NCBI RefSeq assembly: GCF_006345805.1
Contig: NW_021825454.1
Span: 1-15,746, forward strand
Reading direction: 5' to 3'
DNA length: 15,746 nucleotides
DNA from: Octopus sinensis
Lineage: Eukaryota
In this document: in pieces, positions 1 to 8,835 of the stretch
Layout: each line of letters begins with the position of its first letter
Numbering within the stretch: position 1 is the stretch's first letter
Translations under genes and position numbers: made by a program
Notes under the pieces: model-generated
Database searches by the model: none
Told to the model about the DNA's origin: nothing
The model's input: the letters and a program-made list of their open reading frames with translations, nothing else

Positions 1-186
1 TCAGTTTGGAATTTCAATGATTGAAGAGTTGTAGAATCGTCGGTAAAAAAAATGATGTCAACAATTCCATGGGTAAGGTTCTAGGATGTAGAATAGTCCC
101 TGGCACAGGATAATGGAAGTCATTGGTTACTTGTTCCTTAACTGGTATAATATATACATATATAATATATATATGTATATATATAT

Positions 187-352
187 TCATTTTCTCTCCT
201 TGTTTTTTTCTGTGTATCTTTCTTTCAAAGAGCGTAGGCTCGAAACGTAAAAGACTTTTTCTATTTCTATTCCTGAGCGTCATACTAATACATTTGTTTG
301 TTTGTACTCCACCTGCCTTCGTCTTTTGTTTATTTTCGTAAACCTTCCCGTT
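187..352 (+). mobile_element. Penelope-like retroelement terminal (pseudo-LTR) fragment with decayed minimal hammerhead motif
   Basis: Non-repetitive island with TA/TACA microsatellite on both sides. Contains TCTTT-CAAAGAG-cgtaggct-CGAAACGTA-AAAGA, a degraded CUGANGA...GAAACGUH arrangement of the kind found in PLE ends. Family assignment is inferred. Confidence 0.5.
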
Positions 353-901
353 ATATACATACATACATATATGTAAGTGTGTATGTATGCATATATACAC
401 ACAATTGTCACTAGTAGTGACTGAGGGTGCATGATAGCACCTACATTGCCAGAAATAAGAGTCAAAGATCCTTATAGTCAGAAACATAGCACAAATCATC
501 TATATTATAATTTTCACATTACTATTTTGCTGAATTAGTTATTGATACTTATTGTAAAATCTATATACTGAGAGGGAAGACTTGGCTTAACTATCAGCGA
601 TATAGTTGTGCTACTAATGAGCTTTGATTTCAAGCAAAACTAGCTTGCCAATATAGTACCTTCGCTCACTGTGGGGCGGTTAATTCCCCCATCAGTCCAT
701 AGACTTGTGCTATGTTTGTGGTTATAGGAACATTGACTCTTATTTCTAATAAAACTAATTCTTAATAATGAACATCTAGCCACCTTTATTATCTAATATA
801 TATAGATACAAATAAAAACGCAGAGACACCGTTAGAACATTAGAAACATTGGGTTAATTAACCTTATAATACGGAAATGTTTGTCAACAAACAGCTGTAT
901 A

Positions 902-984
<83 letters not shown>

Positions 985-1008
985 CCTACCTACCTACCTA
1001 CCTATCTA
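902..1008. repeat. Compound tetranucleotide microsatellite (TCTG)n(TCTA)n(CCTA)n
   Basis: Read directly from the sequence. Confidence 0.97.
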
Positions 1009-1043
1009 TTCACGATTAATATAGACAGCCGGGTGCAATGTGT

Positions 1044-1116
1044 TGCCAAGTAGTGGGACTGAACTCAGAACTATGCGGTCGGGAAGCAAGCATCTTACCA
1101 CACAGTCACCCCTGCG

Positions 1117-1120
<4 letters not shown>
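1044..1120 (-). mobile_element. tRNA-derived SINE, family A, head only (3' truncated)
   Basis: Reverse strand reads TAGGCGCAGGGGTGACTGTGTGGTAAG...GAGTTCAGTCCCACTAC, with degenerate A and B boxes. Clearly homologous to the 4262-4410 copy. Confidence 0.85.
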
Positions 1121-1150
<30 letters not shown>

Positions 1151-1263
1151 TATATATATATATATATGAGTGTGTGTGTGTGGTTGCGTGTGTATGTATG
1201 TGTTATATAATGTATATATTATATATAATATATAAGAAGTTGGTATATATTATATATATATAT
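1119..1263. repeat. (TA)n/(TG)n microsatellite
   Basis: Read directly from the sequence. Confidence 0.95.
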
Positions 1264-1633
1264 GGGCTCTTAGGAGCATAGTTCGATTTGGTTTTTGCTC
1301 GCCTCTGTTCTGTTTTTGTTTCTCTAACGGATTTCCTTTGTTCTTCCTGAAGAGAAAGACACAATATGGTCCCATTATTCAATCGGATTTTGGTAATTTG
1401 TGCCTTTCGAAACCCGTGTAGAATGAAATAAAACGATTTCTGTTCAATCTGCGTTCAGCTCCATTCTTCAATTCACCAATAATGTTTTAATTTCAATTAT
1501 CCGCACCAACGCACGGTTGCAACGCCAGATGGTTGTACCTCCAACCGTGCTGTTTACTGCTGTGATTTTTGCTACTAAGGTATCGGTTACTTTTGATTAA
1601 TCTACAACAAGATTATTCATCTTTCTATTTCTC
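1264..1633 (+). mobile_element. Penelope-like element terminal repeat fragment carrying a hammerhead ribozyme
   Basis: 370-bp island with (TA)n on both sides. Holds a hammerhead core followed directly by AATAAA (1427-1432). No ORF. PLE pseudo-LTRs are known to carry hammerheads; the assignment here is inferred. Confidence 0.6.
1341..1427 (+). ncRNA. Type I hammerhead ribozyme (GUA cleavage triplet, cut after 1420)
   Basis: CUGAAGA at 1347-1353. Stem II: GAAAG 1354-58 / CUUUC 1404-08, extended by CACAA 1360-64 / UUGUG 1398-1402. GAAA at 1409-12. Stem III: AC 1412-13 / GU 1418-19. H17 = A1420. Stem I: UUCUUC 1341-46 / GAA(U)GAA 1421-27. Confidence 0.75.
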
Positions 1634-1670
1634 ATATATATATATATCTATATTTATATATAAGAAAGTT

Positions 1671-1715
<45 letters not shown>

Positions 1716-1760
1716 AAGTTGGTATATATATATATATATATATAATATATATATATATAT
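1634..1760. repeat. (TA)n array interrupted by two AAGA(A)AGTTGG motifs
   Basis: Read directly from the sequence. Confidence 0.95.
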
Positions 1761-1869
1761 AACATGATTTGCTGTGAGCACTCATGTCCTGATGAAGATG
1801 TACGGGGATAGTCGTGACATACGGATTATCTTGAATATTTTGAGACCCAAACCCGCTCGAAGGACTTGG

Positions 1870-1965
1870 CAGAGGGAGAGAGAATGATAGAGAGAAGGGA
1901 AGAGGGAGAGGGAGAGAGAGACGGAGAGAGAGGAGAGAGAGATGGGAGAGAGACAGAGAGGGAAG
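1870..1965. repeat. Degenerate (GA)n polypurine tract
   Basis: Read directly from the sequence. Confidence 0.9.
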
Positions 1966-2091
1966 TTTGCCAGAGGGTGATTGTTATTTGATTTGAAGAC
2001 ACTGAAATGAAGAAAAGAAAATTTGGTCCCAGCCCAGAGTTAGTTGAAGAAATATGAATACCGCAAGGCAGTCAACCCGAGGCTCTAGCGA

Positions 2092-2340
2092 CTACATACG
2101 TGCATATAACCATACATATACGCATAAATACATACACACATGCATGCATGCATACGAATATATGCGTACATATGTACATATATACGCAACCATGCGTACA
2201 ATTATACATATATGTATATATATATGTATATATATATGTATAAACATGTATACACACACACATACACACATACCCAAACTCTCACACACACACTCACACA
2301 CACACACAAACACACACGCATATATATACATATGTGTAAA
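2092..2340. repeat. Degenerate (TACA)n/(TA)n/(CA)n microsatellite
   Basis: Read directly from the sequence; it accounts for the four overlapping YIHT/VCM ORFs here. Confidence 0.92.
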
Positions 2341-2642
2341 GTATGGAGTTTAAATACCTAATTAGTCAAAATGCCATAGGCCATACACATCCCACCTACA
2401 TGTCTACTCTGAAGGTGCTCCCATCTAGCACACTTTGGTGAACGTGTGACCCTGAAATCAACTATAAAAAGCATGAAGGCCACAACATCACATTTCGATT
2501 TTTCTCTAAGCTCTTACTACAAGTTATATCTGATGGCATGGTTCATTAACTCCCGACAATTCTCAGACAGCGTTCAACAATATTGTCATATAGTTACCTC
2601 CCTTCGTCCTGCAGCAGAAGGCTAAATTTCCAGCATTTCAAC

Positions 2643-3740
2643 ATGTAATGTAATGTAATATATGTATGTATGTATGTATGTATCATGTATGTATGTATGT
2701 ATGTATGTATGTATAATGCATGTAGTATTTATTATGTATTATGTATGTGGTGTGTTATGTATGTACGTATGTATGTATGTATGTATGTATGCATGTATGT
2801 ATGTATGTATGTATGTGTGGTGTGTATGTATGTACGTATGTATGTATGTATGTATGTATGCATGTATGTATGTGTGTATGTATGTATGCATGTATGTATG
2901 TATGTATGTATGTGTGTGTGTATGTATGCATGTATGTATGTATGTGTGTGTATGTATGTATGTTTGTATGTGTGAGTATGTATGTATGTATGTTTGTATG
3001 TGTGAGTATGTATGTATGTATGTGTGTGTATGTATGTATGTATGTATGTATGTGTGTATGTATGTATGTGTGTATGTATGTATGTGTGTATGTATGTATG
3101 TGTGTATGTATGTATGTATTTATGTATGAATGTATGTGTGTGTGTGAGTATGTGCGTATGTATGTATGCATTATTTATGTATGTATGTGTGTGTGAATAT
3201 GTGTGCATGTATGTGCGTATGATTGTATGTGCATATGATGTGTATGGATGTATGTGTATATGTATATGTGTGTATGCATGTATTTATGTATATATGTATG
3301 CATGTGTGTATGTATGTATATACGTATGTATGTACCTATGTATGTAAGTATGTATGTATGTATGTATGTATGTATGTATGCATGTATGTATGTATCTATG
3401 TATGTATGTGTGTGTGTATGTATGTATATACGTATGTATGTGAATGTATGTATGAATGCGTGTATCTATGTCTATTCATGTATGTATATATGTATGTATG
3501 TGAGCATGTATGTATGTATGTATGTATGTATCTATGTATGTATGTGTGTGTGTATATATATATATATATATGTCTGTATATATTTATGAATGTATGTATG
3601 CATATGTGTATGTAGGTGTGTATATACTCGTGTGTCTGTATGCATATATGTGTATGGGTGTGTGTACATTTGCATTGATTCTGCATATTTATGCGTTTGT
3701 GTGTTTATGCTTGTGTGTTTGTATGTGTGTGTGTGCTTGT
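2643..3740. repeat. ~1.1 kb (ATGT)n/(TG)n compound microsatellite
   Basis: Read directly from the sequence; source of the MYVC/HTYI ORFs. Confidence 0.97.
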
Positions 3741-3823
3741 CTGTCCGCATTACCTAATTACCTATCTATCTACTTATCTAACTCTTTACTTACATATCCC
3801 TCAACCAACTTCTATATATATAT

Positions 3824-3902
3824 ACGCAGCCCGGTCCGGGAATCGAAATCACAACTTCACGATCGTAAGCTCGACGCTCGAACCACTGAGCCGTGCGCCT
3901 TC
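3824..3902 (-). mobile_element. tRNA-derived SINE, family C, head only
   Basis: Reverse strand reads GAAGGCGCACGGCTCAGTGGTTCGAGCGTCGAGCTTACGATCGTGAAGTTGTGATTTCGATTCCCGGACCGGGCTGCG. A box GGCTCAGTGG, B box TTCGATTCC. The acceptor stem does not close, so it is not a functional tRNA. Confidence 0.8.
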
Positions 3903-3919
3903 ACACACACACACACACA

Positions 3920-3983
<64 letters not shown>

Positions 3984-4008
3984 ACACACACACACATATA
4001 TATATATA
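3902..4008. repeat. (CA)n followed by (TA)n microsatellite
   Basis: Near-perfect CA array read directly from the sequence. Confidence 0.97.
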
Positions 4009-4183
4009 AAGCCAGTTCATACATAATCAATATAGTTTCCTTTAACAATATAACTTCCAACAATAAAATTCTTATTTTCAAACAACTGATTCACAAAAAT
4101 ACGAAATTCTGTATCCTTGCAATCACACTAATTTAAACCTTCTCTTAATACCACCGTTTGAAGAGATTTACCAGGGAACGGCT

Positions 4184-4185
<2 letters not shown>

Positions 4186-4257
<72 letters not shown>

Positions 4258-4263
4258 TATATA
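4186..4263. repeat. (TA)n microsatellite (probably the tail or middle of the adjacent minus-strand SINE)
   Basis: Read directly from the sequence. Confidence 0.95.
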
Positions 4264-4410
4264 TTCGAAGGGCTTCTTCAAGAACCGAGTAGCAATACAA
4301 GGCTTCCCTCGGCCCGATGCTATAGTAGAAGACACTTGCCCAGTTGCCACGTAGTGGGACTGAACTCGGAACCATGTGGTTTGGAAGCAAGCTGCTTAAC
4401 ACACAGCCAT
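4262..4410 (-). mobile_element. tRNA-derived SINE, family A (CORE-like GGGCAAGT motif)
   Basis: Reverse strand reads ATGGCTGTGTGTTAAGCAGCTTGCTTCCAAACCACATGGTTCCGAGTTCAGTCCCACTACGTGGCAACTGGGCAAGTGTCTTCTACTATAGC and then runs into (TA)n. Resembles octopus tRNA-derived SINEs; the exact family is not assigned. Confidence 0.88.
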
Positions 4411-4444
4411 GGTGGTGTGTGTGTGAGTGTGTGTGCGAATAGTC

Positions 4445-4640
4445 AAACCCAAAAATATATTTAGAGGAGGGGGATAAGTCGATTACATCGATCCCCACTA
4501 CGTGGCTGGTACCAAAATGTAACATTCCCTAAAGGATAAAATGCAAAGTTGGCTTGGTAGGGATTCGAACACAGTTCGCAAAAAGACAAACCCAAAACCG
4601 GAAAGCTGTTTATCTGACGCTGTAACGAATTCGTCTGACT
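4445..4640 (-). mobile_element. SINE family B, degenerate copy
   Basis: Reverse strand contains GTTCGAAT (B box), CTTTGCATTTTATCCTTTAGGG, GTACCAG and GGGGATCGATGTAATCGACTT, which are shared with the plus-strand copies at 10.3-12.7 kb. Confidence 0.8.
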
Positions 4641-4726
4641 AAAAATTATAATAATAATATTTTAATTATCATTACGTAATAACTTCCTATTTCCTGTGCG
4701 TGAAATTTGTCAGGCATTGTGTGTGA

Positions 4727-4767
4727 CAACAGCAACAATAACAACAGCAACATTTTACATCAGCTTT

Positions 4768-4806
<39 letters not shown>

Positions 4807-4919
4807 TTCATTTACATTTTTTTGCTGTTTTTGTTATTAACGTCGTAATCGTCTGGTTGTCTGTCAGCCTGCCTGCCTGCCTGCCTGCTTGCCTGACTGT
4901 CTGTCCTTTGCTTCGCCAC

Positions 4920-4968
<49 letters not shown>

Positions 4969-5030
4969 CACCACCACCAACACCCATCGACATCATCACC
5001 ACCCTCACCCCCCCACCATCACCACCGTAA
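4727..5030. repeat. Compound microsatellite block (CAA)n,(TTTA)n,(CCTG)n,(CTA)n,(CCA)n
   Basis: Read directly from the sequence. Confidence 0.92.
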
Positions 5031-5042
5031 TGACAGTCAACT

Positions 5043-5175
5043 CATAATTATCATCATCATTATCATTATCGATCAATCAATCACACCAACAACACAACCA
5101 CCATCGCCGCCGCCGCCGCCACCTCCACTGCAATCATCATCAGCAACAGCATCATCGTCGTCGTTGTCGTCCTCG

Positions 5176-5212
<37 letters not shown>

Positions 5213-5320
5213 TGTCATCGTAATCATCATCATCGTCGTCATCATCATCATGGTCATCATTATCATCATCATCATCATCGTAATCATCAACATCATCATC
5301 ATCATCATCATTGTCATCGT

Positions 5321-5375
<55 letters not shown>

Positions 5376-5383
5376 GTCATCAT
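5043..5383. repeat. (CAT)n trinucleotide array with CGT/CGC variants
   Basis: Read directly from the sequence; gives the poly-D, poly-M and poly-I ORFs. Confidence 0.97.
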
Positions 5384-5544
5384 CCCCAGCGTGATGCGAT
5401 GTCGTGGGATGGTTAAAACTGGTGAGAAATTTCCCGCTAATTCGACTGTATGTAATATTAATTAATCCAACCGCTTTTCCTCCCATTCACTCATTCCAGT
5501 CGGGTGGCTCAGTCGGGTAGCAGACTTCTTACATGTTGACATGT

Positions 5545-6060
5545 GTTGTGTTGGCGTGAGCGACTGTGTGTGTATGTGTGCATTTGCTTCTATGCATGGT
5601 GTGCGTGTATGTGTGTGAGTATAGGTGCGTGGGTATGTGCGCGTACGCTTGCATAATTTGCGTTGGGTGCGGGTGCTTAGACATCTTTATAAATGCGTGT
5701 CTACCTGTGTATATATATGTGTGTGCGTGTATGTGTATTGTCTGTGGGTGTGTGCCAGTGTGTGTGTATGTTAGTGTGTGCGAGGAGGGGGGCATGATTG
5801 TGTATGACTGTATATGTGAGTGTATGTGTGTACGTGTGTAGGTGTGCGTCTGCACACGCGTGTGCGTGCGTGCGCCTGTATTAATATGTGCGTGTGTAAA
5901 CGCGTGTATGGGTATGTGTGCATAAGCGAGGGCCGGAGTTCTCTCTCTGTATGTGTGTGTATTTGCATGTGTGTGTGTGTATGTGTGTGTGTGCGTATGT
6001 GAGCGTTCGCGTATGTGTGTGCCTGTGTGCGTGTGCTTGAGAGAATGTATACGTGTGCGT
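5545..6060. repeat. Degenerate (TG)n tract
   Basis: Read directly from the sequence. Confidence 0.9.
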
Positions 6061-6108
6061 ATTATCCACGGATGTAAAGGTGTCCTTTCCGTTCGCATTT
6101 ACCGAATG

Positions 6109-6171
6109 AATGTTGCATTAAGGGTGTGTTCGATTAAGGGAATGTTGGATTAAGGGGTTGTTGGAAGAGGG
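6109..6171. repeat. 16-bp minisatellite, about 3.5-4 units, NNTGTTNNATTAAGGG
   Basis: AATGTTGCATTAAGGG / TGTGTTCGATTAAGGG / AATGTTGGATTAAGGG / GTTGTTGGAAGAGGG. Confidence 0.75.
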
Positions 6172-7230
6172 AGGAATGACTGAGAGAGAGAGAGAGAGAA
6201 TGAAGGAGAGAGGAGAAGATTGAGAGAGTGAGAGAAAGTGGTAGAGAGAGAGAGAGGAGAGAGAGAGAGGGAGAGGAAAGGAGAAACAGATTAAAAGGCA
6301 AACAGAAAGAGGAAAGGTGACAGGTTGCAGGGAGAGAGAGAGAGAGAGAGAGAGCTCATTAGGAGATAGAAGAGAGAGAGGGGGTGAGAGAGAGCTCATT
6401 AAGAAATAGGAGAGAGAGAGGGGGATAGTGAAAGGGGAGAGGGAGAAAGAGAGGTATAGAGAGACGTTGCTAGAGAGGGGGTGGGAGAGAGAAAAAGAAA
6501 TGTGAAGGGGATGGAAGGATAAAGAAAGAGGTAATGGAAAAGAGAGGGAGGGAGCGAGAGAGGAGAGAGAGAAAGAGAGAGCGATGGGAGAAAGGGAGAA
6601 AGAGACTAAACGAGAAAAGGGGAACAGGAAAGGAGAGAAGTCGAGAGAGAGAGAGGAAGAGAGGGAGAGAGGGATGAATAAGAGATAGGAGAGAGTGAGA
6701 AAGAGAGAGAGAGAAAGAGAGAGTGATGGGAGAAAGGGAGAAAGAGACTAAACGAGAAAAGGGGAACAGGAAAGGAGAGAAGACGGGGGAGAGATAGATA
6801 GAGGGGGAGAGAGATGAATAAGAGATAGGAGAGAGAGAGAAAGAGAGAGAGAGAGGACTATCGGAGATGTGATTGACTGGACAGCTGGGAGAGATAGGAA
6901 GGGAAAGCATGGAGATAGATCGATAGATAGTGAGAGAGAGAGAGAGAGAGAGAGGAAGGGAGAGGAGAGAGAGAGAGAGAGAGAGAAAAAGAGTGAGAGA
7001 ATGGAAGAAAGGGTAAGAGATGGGGAAGAAGAATGTAATAATGAGAAGAAGAAATGATCGAGAGATGGTGGGGTGGGGTTGAGGTACAAGAGATCGTTGG
7101 AGAAGAGAAAGGGAAAGAAAATATGAAAGAGGAAGAGTGTGAGGGTGGAGAAAAACAAAACAAAAAACATTAAATCAAGACTAAAGAAAATTAAAAGACA
7201 AACTAAAAAAGAGTATTGAAGGTTTGATAT
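6165..7230. repeat. ~1.1 kb polypurine (GA-rich) tract with internal ~142-bp tandem duplication
   Basis: GATGGGAGAAAGGGAGAAAGAGACTAAACGAGAAAAGGGGAACAGGAAAGGAGAGAAG occurs at ~6583 and ~6725. Confidence 0.95.
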
Positions 7231-7259
7231 GAAGAAATTTTGGAGTGCGGGTTGTAATG

Positions 7260-7556
7260 CCGGTGGTTGACTGGGTGGTGGTGGTGGGGTGGTGGTGGTG
7301 GGGTGGTTGTGTTGGGGTGGTTGTGGTGGGTGGTGGTGGTGGGGTGGTGGTTGTGGGGTGGGTGGGGGTGGGGTGGTGGTGTGGGGTGGTGTGGTGGGGT
7401 GGTGGTGGTGGGTGGTGGTGTGGGGTGGTGGTGGTGGGGTGGTGGTGGTGGGTGTGGTTGTGGGGTGGTGGTTGTGGGGTGGTGGTTGTGGGGTGGTGGT
7501 TGTGGGGTGGTGGTGTGTGGTGTGGTGGTGGTGGTGGTGGTGGTGGTGGTGGTGTG
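7260..7556. repeat. G-rich (GGT)n/GGGG tract including (TGTGGGGTGGTGGT)x4 at 7459-7514
   Basis: Read directly from the sequence. Confidence 0.95.
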
Positions 7557-7559
7557 ATG

Positions 7560-7985
7560 CTGGTGTTATTGTTGTTGCTAGTGATGATGTCGATGGGTGG
7601 AATTACGAGGTGGCAGTGGTGGTGGTAGCAACAACATGAGTGATGATGATGATGGTAGTGGTGGTGGTGGTGGTGATGAATTTGATGACGATGATGATGA
7701 AGAAGATGATGATGATGATGATGACGACGACGACGACGACGACTATGATGATGATGATGATGATGATGATAGTGAAGATGATGATGATGGACATGATGAT
7801 GAAGATGATCATGAAAATGATAATGATGATTATGACGATGGTAACGACGACGACAATAATGACGTTGATGATGATGAGATGATGATAGTAGAAAGAATGA
7901 TGAAATGGCGGTAATGAGGCTGACACTATGTACGAGTGGTGATGATGTCATTGATAGTGATGATAACGTTGATGATCAAATTGAT
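7560..7985. repeat. (GAT)n/(GAC)n trinucleotide array
   Basis: Read directly from the sequence; a more degenerate continuation lies at ~8205-8340. Confidence 0.95.
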
Positions 7986-7990
7986 AATCC

Positions 7991-8200
7991 TTTCTGCTCT
8001 AGGCAGGAGGCCAGAAATTTCGGGGGAGTGTGATAGGCGATTACATCAACCCAGTGCGCAACTGGTACTTATTTAATAGGCTCCCCCAGAAGGATGGAAA
8101 ACAAAGTCAACCTCTGCGGAATCTGAACTCAGAACGTAGCAACGTAAAAATTATCGCTAATTATGTTGTCGTGTGAACTAATGATTCACAAGACAGCCTC
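7991..8200 (-). mobile_element. SINE family B, near full length, diverged
   Basis: Plus strand shows GATTACATCAACCCAGTG, CAACTGGTACTTATTT, AAGGATGGAAAACAAAGTCAACCTC and GAACTCAGAACGTA, the reverse complement of family B motifs. Confidence 0.88.
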
Positions 8201-8394
8201 CCGCTTATGATCAATGATCAAAATTATAACGATTTCTCTGGTGATTATGGCGATAGTGATGATGTTGATGATAATGATGTTGTTGGTGATGAATAGCGAT
8301 AATGTTGATAAGAACGATGGTGGTAATGATAGTGTTGTCGGTATTAACGGTACGTTGTCGTTTTTTCCATGAGAGTGTAATGATGTGTGACCTT

Positions 8395-8835
8395 TTGTGG
8401 GTTTGCGTTTGTGTGTGTGTGTTTGTGTCTGTGTGCGTGTGCTTGTGTTTGTGTCTGTGTGTGTGTTTTTGTGTGTGTTTGCGAGGGTTTGTGTATGTGT
8501 TTGTGTGTCTGTGCCTTTGCGAGTGTTTGTGTTTGTGCGTGCACGCGGGTGTGCGAGCGTGTGTGTATGTGAGTGAGTGTGTGTGTATGAATCATGTGTA
8601 TATTTATGTGTATGTGTGTATGCATGTATGCATGTATGAATGTATGTATGTATGTATGTATGTATCCATGCATGTACGTATGTATGTATGTATGTATGTG
8701 TGTATGTATGTGTGTGTGTATGTGTGTGTGAATGTATGTATGCATGTATGTATTTATGTATGTATGTATGTATTTATGTATGTATGTATGTATTTATGTA
8801 TGTATGTATGTATGTGTATGTATGTATGTATGTGT
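8395..8835. repeat. (TG)n then (ATGT)n microsatellite
   Basis: Read directly from the sequence. Confidence 0.95.

Noticed and set aside
14-499. 161-aa minus-strand ORF and overlapping 72-aa and 61-aa ORFs
   Set aside because: They run through TA/TACA microsatellites and the PLE-like island, and no domain is recognisable.
614-658. Hammerhead mimic CTAATGA-GCTT..AAGC-AAAAC-TA..TAGT-A inside the inverted repeat; both core defects are G-to-A, which raised the idea of activation by A-to-I editing
   Set aside because: G5 and G12 are both absent, and no stem I can form (GTGCTA versus CCTTCG). Not supportable.
2054-3750. Many MYVC/HTYI ORFs (also 5529-6153, 8302-8873, 9547-9960)
   Set aside because: They are translations of (ATGT)n/(TG)n repeats, which lack stop codons.
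3824-3902. Possible tRNA gene
   Set aside because: The acceptor and anticodon stems do not pair properly, and the 3' side continues as SINE-like sequence.
5073-5486. Poly-Asp ORF on the minus strand (and poly-Met/poly-Ile in other frames)
   Set aside because: Product of the (CAT)n array; open in several frames and on both strands.
5500-5525. A-box-like TGGCTCAGTCGG
   Set aside because: No B box or cloverleaf downstream; at most a tiny SINE-head remnant.
7597-7914. 105-aa Asp/Gly-rich ORF resembling acidic shell-matrix proteins
   Set aside because: Continuous with GGT/GAT microsatellite, has no signal peptide, and overlapping frames are equally open.
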